Of a stretch of DNA of 56,144 nt, positions 1-6,410 are shown in pieces. The notes beneath the pieces are model-generated. The model worked only from the letters and a program-made list of their open reading frames with translations. It was not told where the DNA came from and searched no databases. Origin of the DNA: Ferruginibacter sp. Its GTDB lineage: Bacteria; Bacteroidota; Bacteroidia; Chitinophagales; Chitinophagaceae. Numbering within the stretch: position 1 is the first letter of the stretch; every line of letters begins with the position of its first letter. A program made the translations under genes and the position numbers. The stretch lies in NCBI GenBank assembly GCA_040110925.1, contig JBDSYV010000149.1, forward strand, positions 1-56,144, in the 5' to 3' direction.

Positions 1-183
1 GAGCCGACTTATACCATCGTAAGTCAAAGGGCTGTATCAACCGTCACCGTTACCGGATTCCCTGCAACCTATAAAAACTTCAGGGATATCAGGGCAGAAG
101 ATGTGCCTCTTATAAAGGCAGGCATTCTGCAAACAGCTAAAATTGCAGAACCAACGATGATATTAAAGAAACGAAAAAAATAA
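1..183 (+). CDS. 3' end of a gene entering from the left (partial, product unknown)
   Basis: Frame 1 is open from base 1 (EPTYTIVSQRAVSTVTVTGFPATYKNFRDIRAEDVPLIKAG...KKRKK) to TAA at 181-183 and is followed by a terminator. Confidence 0.6.
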   Translation, partial: EPTYTIVSQRAVSTVTVTGFPATYKNFRDIRAEDVPLIKAGILQTAKIAEPTMILKKRKK

Positions 184-204
184 TAACCCGGATATGAAAA
201 TTAC

Positions 205-231
205 AGCTGCTTCGTAAAGGCAGCTTTTTTT
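205..231 (+). terminator. Intrinsic terminator
   Basis: Stem AGCTGCTT/AGGCAGCT (one G-U pair) followed by a T-run, directly after the partial CDS. Confidence 0.7.
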
Positions 232-906
232 ATGTTGGGAAAAATTCGAAGCAAATTATTGTGATATTTTGATTCCCGATTTTCAATGCAATGCAAAAAA
301 GCTGGTTCTTGAACTATTTAGCTATGGAGACATATGGTACAATAATACCATTGGACGGCGCCATAGTGTGTCGTAAAAGAACTAATTTTAAATTGCCAGA
401 CTCGCAAAGCTTTTGTTTAAGTAAAAGCATGTTTTTGCGATAGCTATTGGACCCTCGATTATTTTCCTATAAATAATTCTGCCGATTGCCTATCAATAAG
501 GAAAGGCAAAAATAATTGCAGCGGATATGCCTGACGCATGATCATCATTTCGTATTGCATTGCTGTCCATTCTGCAAGTACATTCCAGGTTGAATTGGCA
601 GCCTCAGTATATAAGCGATCTGCAGTCTCTGGCTTACGTTTTTTTTCATTCCATAGCAACAAAAAATAAGGTTCTACTTGCACTTTTAAGAAAAATGCGA
701 TTGTCTTTTGCGGGGTACAGTCGACTAAATCGAATGTAATTCCTATGCAGACTTTTTCTTCATATTTCTTCCTAACATTGGAGGCTCCCATTTTGGCCAG
801 TAGAGATTCGATATAGCGGTTACTGTGACCTTGCCGACCGCATAGCCATAACTTACCGAAGCGCTGTCCGATTTATATTTTATCTTATATATCTATTTAT
901 TTCAAG

Positions 907-956
907 TTGTTGGTTATTTCCAACAATACTATTATTTTTGTGGATAATAAGCAACA
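907..956. promoter_or_regulatory. Putative HipB operators
   Basis: Inverted repeat TTGTTGG-ttattt-CCAACAA (907-926) and a second TGT-N12-ACA box (939-956) immediately upstream of the HTH antitoxin. Confidence 0.45.
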
Positions 957-959
957 TTA

Positions 960-1253
960 ATGAAAACAAAAAAGCAAATATTGTTTCCAAAATTCCAGAA
1001 AATACTGGAACAAACGGGTGAAAACATAAAATTAGCCCGGAAGAGAAGGAAACTGACCACTATACAAGTAGCAGAACGGGCTGGAATTGACCGATCAACA
1101 CTGTATGAAATAGAAAAGGGAAATCCCAGTGTTTCCATGGGGGCTTATTTCAATACACTTAGGGTATTGGGGTTGCAGGATGATTTTTTAAAGCTAGCAG
1201 CTGATGATGAATATGGCAGGAAATTACAAGACCTGGAATTAATTAATAAATAG
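960..1253 (+). CDS. hipB: XRE/HTH antitoxin, HipB-like
   Basis: 97 aa with a Cro/C1-type HTH (IKLARKRRKLTTIQVAERAGIDRSTLYEIEKG), 7 bp upstream of hipA. Confidence 0.85.
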   Translation: MKTKKQILFPKFQKILEQTGENIKLARKRRKLTTIQVAERAGIDRSTLYEIEKGNPSVSMGAYFNTLRVLGLQDDFLKLAADDEYGRKLQDLELINK

Positions 1254-1260
1254 AATAAAA

Positions 1261-2523
1261 GTGGCCGCAAATAAAACAGATATATGGGTGTATGCACATT
1301 GGATTGGGATGCCTGAGCCAAAATGTATAGGAATTCTTTCTGCGCAGCAGGCGAAGGGAAAGAAAGCTTTTAGTTTTGAGTACGATCCTGAATGGATAAA
1401 ATCAAAACCACAAATGCTATTAGATCCCGAAATACAATGGTATACCGGCCCGCAATTTTCGAATAAGGAAGAAAATTTTGGAATATTCCTTGATTCAATG
1501 CCGGATACCTGGGGACGAACTTTAATGAAAAGGAGAGCAGCACAAAAAGCAAAAGAAGAAGGTAAGCCTGTTCCAACTTTATATGATATTGATTTTTTAT
1601 TGGGTGTTTATGATGAAAACAGAATGGGAGCATTAAGATTTAAACTCAGCCCTGACGGACCATTTTTAGATAACGATTATGAAACTGCCGCCCCACCATT
1701 GTATAGTATCAGGGAATTACAACACGCAGCCGATATGGTAGAATCTGATCCAGAAAATGAACATGTAAAAAAATGGATCGCTATGCTGATGGCACCCGGT
1801 TCGGCATTAGGCGGGGCCAGGCCTAAGGCAAATATCCTTGATGAAACAGGACACCCAATGATCGCCAAGTTTCCATCAAGAAGTGATACAATTGATAAAG
1901 CAGCCTGGGAATTTCTTGCATATAAACTTGCATTGCAGGCAGGTATTGAAATGACAGAATCAAAAATTCAGCACGTCGCCGGTAAGTACAATACTTTTTT
2001 TACTAAACGTTTTGACAGGATTGGCGGAGAACGTGTACATTTTGCATCTGCCATGACCATGACTAACAATAATGAAGACACGATAAAAGACAAACCAGCC
2101 AGTTATCTTGACCTGGCTGAATTTATACAGTACTCAGGGGGTAATATACAACCAGACTTACATCAACTATGGAGACGTATAATTTTCAATATTTCCATCT
2201 CAAATACAGACGATCACTTGCGGAACCATGGATTTACCTTAGGAAATACCGGGTGGAAACTTTCTCCTGCATACGACATTAACCCTTCTATTGATAAAGA
2301 CGGGCTTGCTCTTAATATCGATCAGGACAATAATACACTTGATTTTGGCCTTGCAAAAAGTGTTGGACAGTACTTTCAGCTAACAAATCCTGAAATGAAT
2401 CTCATAATCGGAGAAGTAATTGAGACTGTGCAAAATTGGAAGAACATTGCCAACCAAATCGGGATCTCAAGATCTGAACTGGAATCAATGGAACGGGCAT
2501 TCCGTTACCGGAATGTTTCGTGA
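1261..2523 (+). CDS. hipA: Type II toxin-antitoxin HipA family Ser/Thr kinase toxin
   Basis: 420 aa; HipA N-terminal module (FSFEYDPEW, DSMPDTWGR), Gly-rich loop GSALGGARPK, catalytic NTDDHLRNH and LSPAYD. Confidence 0.92.
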   Translation: MAANKTDIWVYAHWIGMPEPKCIGILSAQQAKGKKAFSFEYDPEWIKSKPQMLLDPEIQWYTGPQFSNKEENFGIFLDSMPDTWGRTLMKRRAAQKAKEEGKPVPTLYDIDFLLGVYDENRMGALRFKLSPDGPFLDNDYETAAPPLYSIRELQHAADMVESDPENEHVKKWIAMLMAPGSALGGARPKANILDETGHPMIAKFPSRSDTIDKAAWEFLAYKLALQAGIEMTESKIQHVAGKYNTFFTKRFDRIGGERVHFASAMTMTNNNEDTIKDKPASYLDLAEFIQYSGGNIQPDLHQLWRRIIFNISISNTDDHLRNHGFTLGNTGWKLSPAYDINPSIDKDGLALNIDQDNNTLDFGLAKSVGQYFQLTNPEMNLIIGEVIETVQNWKNIANQIGISRSELESMERAFRYRNVS

Positions 2524-2546
2524 AAACAGGAACCATAGCCCGAAAC

Positions 2547-2577
2547 AAAAAAAGCCATAACCTACGTTATAGCTTTT
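2547..2577. terminator. Bidirectional terminator-like hairpin
   Basis: AAAAGCCATAAC-ctac-GTTATAGCTTTT with A/T runs on both sides. The single mismatch is a G-U pair on the minus strand, which fits a terminator for the ssrA-like 3' fragment; it also lies after hipA. Confidence 0.65.
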
Positions 2578-2583
2578 AAAAAA

Positions 2584-2604
2584 GTGGAGCTGCAGGGAAT
2601 CGAA
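2584..2604 (-). other. ssrA: tmRNA (ssrA) 3'-end-like fragment; probable att site of an integrated element
   Basis: The minus strand reads TTCGATTCCCTGCAGCTCCAC: a T-loop, the 3' T-stem and the CAGCTCCAC acceptor end typical of tmRNA. No 5' part of the gene is present. Spaced direct repeats TGACTCT/TTACTCT (2656, 2667) nearby resemble integrase arm sites. Confidence 0.6.
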
Positions 2605-2761
2605 TCTATTAATAGGATGCAAGACCACATTGAGTTACAGCTAAGTGATAAATTCTGACTCTCGAATTACTCTACTTCAATTCCTTTCAATTTAATACCA
2701 TTTACCGTCTCTCATACCTTTTCTATGCTTTAACCGGGGAGCAACCTAGCCTGGGCAATAC

Positions 2762-2965
2762 CTAAATAAGAAAATCTTTTACCTGGCTTTCGCTTAATCC
2801 GGTAAAGGAGCAAAACTCGGAAAGCGAGAGGAAATCACTTCTTCCTTTATTATTTTTCTTTTTGATTTTAGCAAGCAGCTTCCTGGCGGCACGTTCTTTA
2901 CGGCCGGTGATATTCATTATGTCTTTGGCATAAATGACTATGCGATTTGGGATCATTTGCTGCAT
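2762..2965 (-). CDS. Small basic HTH-like DNA-binding protein (excisionase/regulator-like)
   Basis: 67 aa, IYAKDIMNITGRKERAARKLLAKIKK...LSLSEFCSFTGL; next to the att fragment and divergent from the 251-aa gene. Confidence 0.7.
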   Translation of the reverse strand: MQQMIPNRIVIYAKDIMNITGRKERAARKLLAKIKKKNNKGRSDFLSLSEFCSFTGLSESQVKDFLI

Positions 2966-3107
2966 AAACCTGCACGTACGGAACGCTTTGTTTTTTGGGT
3001 TTCAATGAGTTTCTATTATTGTGGTGATAATGCAAAAATAAAAAAGAAAGACTCACTGTACAGTAGAAATGTTTTTGCAAATTTTTTAATCCAAAAACCC
3101 ATTTAAA

Positions 3108-3863
3108 ATGGCAAGGCAAAAAGGTATAATTAAACTTGATGGTACTATCGGAGATATTACCTTCTACAAAACGCAGGACGGATACCTGGCAAGAGAAAAA
3201 GGCGGCATACCTGCAGACAGGATTGCCAATGATCCTGCTTTTCAAAGGACCAGGGAGAATGGCGCTGAGTTCGGGAGAGCTGGCAAGGCTGGTAAAGTGC
3301 TGCGCACCTCCCTTAGAGCATTACTTCAAAATGCCACAGATAGGCTTGCGGTTAGCAGGTTAACAACTGAAATGGTGAAGGTAATTCAAGAGGATCTAAC
3401 AAATCCGAGGGGCCTGAGAAACGTGATTGATGGAGAAGCTGAACTTTTGGAAGGTTTTGAATTCAACATCAATGGTAAACTTGGGACTACGCTGTATGCG
3501 CCTTTCACGACTGTAATAGACCGTGTGGCTGGCACTTTAACTGCAGGTCTGGTGCCGTTTATCCCGCAAAACATGATTGCTGCTCCCGGAGGTACTACAC
3601 ATTTCAAAATTGTATCTGCAGGATCTGAAGTGGATTTTGAGAATGAAAGTTTTGTAGTGGATGGGCAGGAAACGGCAATACTGCCATGGGATTCGAACCC
3701 TACTTTGGCAATTAACCTTGTAAATAATGTTACGCCGGCAAGTACACATCCGTTGTTTCTTGTTTTGGGTATAACATTTTACCAGGAAGTAAATGGCCAA
3801 ATGTATCCTTTAAAAAATGGTGCTTTCAACCCTTTAGCGTTAGCAAAAGTTGATGGCAACTAA
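3108..3863 (+). CDS. Conserved Bacteroidota hypothetical protein (MARQKGIIKLxGTIGDITFYK family); candidate structural/coat protein
   Basis: Clean 251-aa ORF with a basic N-terminal arm, a helical middle and a beta-rich C-terminal half; first gene of a three-gene operon. The function is an inference. Confidence 0.85.
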   Translation: MARQKGIIKLDGTIGDITFYKTQDGYLAREKGGIPADRIANDPAFQRTRENGAEFGRAGKAGKVLRTSLRALLQNATDRLAVSRLTTEMVKVIQEDLTNPRGLRNVIDGEAELLEGFEFNINGKLGTTLYAPFTTVIDRVAGTLTAGLVPFIPQNMIAAPGGTTHFKIVSAGSEVDFENESFVVDGQETAILPWDSNPTLAINLVNNVTPASTHPLFLVLGITFYQEVNGQMYPLKNGAFNPLALAKVDGN

Positions 3864-3875
3864 CTTTTAAATCCT

Positions 3876-4295
3876 ATGAATATGGAACTGGAGCTTATCA
3901 GAACATATTTCCCCAATGGCACGAATGGAGAATTATTCTTCAATGGAGCCAGAGTATGCAACTCAATAGAGTTGGCCTGGAATAACAACCAAAATAGGAT
4001 ATCGTGTATTCCAGAGGGTAAGTATGAACTGAAAAAAAGATATAGCCAACAACATGGATGGCACCTGCAGGTGATGAAAGTAAAAAATAGGGACCTGATA
4101 TTGATTCATGCTGCAAATGATGCCCGGAAGGAACTGAAGGGCTGTATCGCTCCGGTTTCCATTTTAACTGCAGAAGGCAAGGGTTTAGGGTCCAGGATCG
4201 CAAAGGACAAACTTCAATCAATCGTCTTCCCAGTATTAGAAACAGGTAAGAAAGTTTTCTTACTTATCAAATCTGAACTGCATGAGGCCGATTAA
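3876..4295 (+). CDS. DUF5675 family protein (YkuD/L,D-transpeptidase-like; putative peptidoglycan hydrolase)
   Basis: 139 aa; ELxWxNN...SCIPEGKY and ILIHAAN...LKGCI, giving a His/Cys pair as in YkuD-like folds. Confidence 0.8.
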   Translation: MNMELELIRTYFPNGTNGELFFNGARVCNSIELAWNNNQNRISCIPEGKYELKKRYSQQHGWHLQVMKVKNRDLILIHAANDARKELKGCIAPVSILTAEGKGLGSRIAKDKLQSIVFPVLETGKKVFLLIKSELHEAD

Positions 4296-4354
4296 AAATT
4301 TTCAAATTAAATGAAATGATTTGTGCAAAAGCATAAACGACTAACTGTAAAGAA

Positions 4355-4546
4355 ATGGATCAACATATTCAAATAGATGGCAGCACTAAAGCCGGCACCA
4401 TTGGTGGCACGTTGTTAATCTTATTCATAAATGTCAGCAGCGCTGAAATTGGAAAAACAATGGTGATGGCTGGAGTAGGGGCAATTGTTAGTTTCAGCGT
4501 ATCCATGGTGCTTAGGCGCATTGTGAGATACATTCAGAAAAAATAG
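4355..4546 (+). CDS. Small two-TM membrane protein, holin-like
   Basis: 63 aa, two hydrophobic segments and a basic C-tail (RRIVRYIQKK), directly after the DUF5675 gene. Confidence 0.6.
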   Translation: MDQHIQIDGSTKAGTIGGTLLILFINVSSAEIGKTMVMAGVGAIVSFSVSMVLRRIVRYIQKK

Positions 4547-4577
4547 TTCTGTTGTTGTGGTGACTGCAGATTTTGCG

Positions 4578-4603
4578 AGGGACTTTTCTAAGTCCCTTTT
4601 TTT
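4578..4603 (+). terminator. Intrinsic terminator of the 3108-4546 operon
   Basis: AGGGACTT-ttct-AAGTCCCT followed by a T-run. Confidence 0.75.
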
Positions 4604-4614
4604 ATGGGAACCTG

Positions 4615-4746
4615 CTAATAAGGAAATGCGCAAGAATCAGTGACACAGAAACCAATGCGTGAGGACCAAACAAACACACCAGGCGAAACGAACCAACAGG
4701 AAACTACTATGGAGCCAACATAATAACGGCAAACGAGAACTGACAT
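4615..4746 (-). CDS. Unannotated 43-aa micro-protein downstream of hairpin 1
   Basis: Translated by hand: MSVLVCRYYVGSIVVSCWFVSPGVFVWSSRIGFCVTDSCAFPY*. An in-frame alternative ATG lies at 4755. It starts just below the base of hairpin 1. Confidence 0.45.
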   Translation of the reverse strand: MSVLVCRYYVGSIVVSCWFVSPGVFVWSSRIGFCVTDSCAFPY

Positions 4747-4763
4747 AACGAACATTTTATATT

Positions 4764-4901
4764 AAAAAATAAAAGAACTGCTCTCTTCAAAGCACCGGAA
4801 TTTAGGTGGCTGTATAAATGATGGCCTTGTGTGCAGGCATTGTGTTTATGCTGCGCAGCCTGGGTTTGTGCCGGTGCTAACTTGCAGTGCTTTTATTTTT
4901 T
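4764..4901 (+). promoter_or_regulatory. Long imperfect hairpin 1; putative Frpo-like ssDNA promoter
   Basis: Pairs: 4764-4775/4890-4901, ACTGC 4777-4781/4884-4888, AGCACCGG 4791-4798/CCGGTGCT 4871-4878, plus an inner stem with G-T pairs on the + strand. TAACTTGC (4878-4885) lies in the mismatch bubble. Confidence 0.6.
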
Positions 4902-5002
4902 ATAATGTCGTGAAGTTTGTTTCCTGAGTTTGGGAACAGATGTTCCAGGTCAAGGAACCTGTAATTTCAACAAGTGCCTCTCCAATTTTATTATTACACC
5001 CC

Positions 5003-5164
5003 CTAAAAAGGAGGTGAAATAAATGAGCTAATAATAGCATGATGGCCGGCTAAATGGAGCCAGAGACCAGAAGGCATGGAAAAAACCCGGACGGTGACAA
5101 AGCGACCTGACCGGAAAATGTAATACCGGAATGCAATCTGACAATGTGAATGATGAACTAACAT
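5003..5164 (-). CDS. 53-aa micro-protein downstream of hairpin 2
   Basis: C-terminal part of ORF 5003..5230, from the ATG at 5164: MLVHHSHCQIAFRYYIFRSGRFVTVRVFSMPSGLWLHLAGHHAIISSFISPPF*. The longer start lies inside the hairpin. Confidence 0.5.
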   Translation of the reverse strand: MLVHHSHCQIAFRYYIFRSGRFVTVRVFSMPSGLWLHLAGHHAIISSFISPPF

Positions 5165-5168
5165 AAGA

Positions 5169-5327
5169 AACGATTGATTGTGAAAAAATAAAATAACTGC
5201 TCTCTCACAGCACCGGTTGTAGGCATGCATATAAATGAGAGCCTTGTGTGTTGGTATTGTGTTTATGCTGCGGAGCTCAGCCTTGTGCCGGTGCTATCTT
5301 GCAGTTTATTTTATTTTTTCAATCGTT
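5169..5327 (+). promoter_or_regulatory. Long imperfect hairpin 2 (diverged copy of hairpin 1); putative Frpo-like ssDNA promoter
   Basis: Pairs: 5181-5195/5307-5321, AACTGC/GCAGTT, AGCACCGG 5209-5216/CCGGTGCT 5288-5295. TATCTTGC (5295-5302) lies in the bubble. Shares long sequence blocks with hairpin 1. Confidence 0.6.
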
Positions 5328-5460
5328 GTTTGAGTTCAGTTCACAATTGTCACTTCTGTGTTTTGCAATTGGTCACAAGGTTATTTACATATGCGCTTTC
5401 CTGCTTTGGGGCCAGGATTTATCGCAGTACTATTTATGATTTACCAAAAGTTTCCACTTT

Positions 5461-5889
5461 TTACTTCCTGTTATTACAAAACTTTTGAAGCAATGCAATC
5501 TGAAGTTTTTCTGATGCTTTTAATTGTTCCTCCAATGACGTTTTCATTTTACTTAAGTTATCAAGATGAATTATCAATTCAGCTAACCTGGTCCAGTGAG
5601 GTTGGATTTCAGGTGCCAACTCCCGAAACAAATCCCGCACATCATTTAGATTTATAAATGGTATGGCAGAACCTCTATGCCTGGTTTTAAATTTTCCCGT
5701 TTGGTGTAATGCATACGAAAGCCAATAAAAAAAATCGTGGTATTGTTTGTTACTGCAAGTAATTATAAAGGAGTTTGGCCAAGGTTTTAACCCTGGCTTA
5801 CCTGCATTATCTCCTTTGCAAAGAAGGAAAAAACTGTGAGAAGGAATTGATCTGGATTGATTCCAGCACCTGATCTTTGGGAGCATCAT
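5461..5889 (-). CDS. DUF6943-like protein resembling half of a type I R-M HsdS subunit
   Basis: 142 aa; FFLLCKGDNAGKP at the N-terminus, then GSAIPFINLNDV and the helix LDNLSKMKTSLEEQLKASEKLQIALLQKF, which resembles the HsdS TRD end plus conserved coiled-coil. Confidence 0.7.
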   Translation of the reverse strand: MMLPKIRCWNQSRSIPSHSFFLLCKGDNAGKPGLKPWPNSFIITCSNKQYHDFFYWLSYALHQTGKFKTRHRGSAIPFINLNDVRDLFRELAPEIQPHWTRLAELIIHLDNLSKMKTSLEEQLKASEKLQIALLQKFCNNRK

Positions 5890-5942
5890 GATAATAAAGC
5901 TTTAAGTGATTCTCAACCTCTTTTGAAAATTTTAAACAAAAG

Positions 5943-6177
5943 AAAAAAGAGAAAAAAAGAAAGCCCTTTCATCAGCCGCCGATATCGTAGCCAAAATGCA
6001 AGCGGAATAAATACGTGGGATCCAAAAGACTAAATACATTCAAAAGCTGGTGCAGGATAAAATGATGCTAACAGGCAATGAAGTTTTATGCCGAACAATT
6101 TGGCATGATCATTCACGCTTGCGTGACTAATCAAATGCTTATTCGGCGGCTACCTTTGCTTGATTTTTTTATTTTTT
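5943..6177 (+). promoter_or_regulatory. Long imperfect hairpin 3; putative Frpo-like ssDNA promoter for the DUF6943-like gene
   Basis: AGCCGCCGA 5974-5982/TCGGCGGCT 6143-6151, GCAAGCG-GAAT 5998-6008/ATTC-A-CGCTTGC 6111-6122, AAGC/GCTT and an A-run/T-run base. A consensus -7 box, TACCTTTG (6151-6158), sits opposite an unpaired CCTTTCATC. Confidence 0.6.
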
Positions 6178-6410
6178 GCCAGGTACTATTCCTGACCTGT
6201 CAATTTTCTGAACAATATAAAGAAGTCATACAGTAATTTGAAAATGTCATAAACCAGTTTAATTTTTTCAAACCAGGTCTTCTTTTCCTTTACTTTTTTA
6301 CAAGTGTGCATAATGTTCGATTTAATTATGCACCTGGTATTATTGGGAGAGCGCTCCCAAATATGTTTGAAAGTGATCGTTCGGAAAAGGACAAGTGCAA
6401 ATCGGTTTTT

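Noticed and set aside
459-791. 110-aa minus-strand ORF
   Set aside because: No recognisable motif or operon context; it may be a gene remnant, but I cannot support a call.
2584-2604. Intact tRNA or tmRNA gene
   Set aside because: Only the T-loop-to-acceptor 3' 21 nt are present; the adjacent sequence cannot form the rest of the molecule.
4764-5327. CRISPR array or type I toxin-antitoxin reading of the duplicated hairpins
   Set aside because: There are only two ~150-nt diverged copies, no 25-45-nt repeat/spacer periodicity and no cas genes. A type I TA reading is less favoured because the fold lies on the template strand upstream of the ORFs, though it is not fully excluded.
5225-5657. + strand ORFs 5225..5488, 5248..5439 and 5358..5657
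   Set aside because: They run through hairpin 2 or antisense to the DUF6943-like gene and have Cys/Phe-rich, non-protein-like composition.
6303-6335. Possible dif/Xer site (AGTGTGCATAA resembles the XerC arm)
   Set aside because: No XerD-like TTATGTTAAAT arm at 6-bp spacing; kept only as an inverted repeat.
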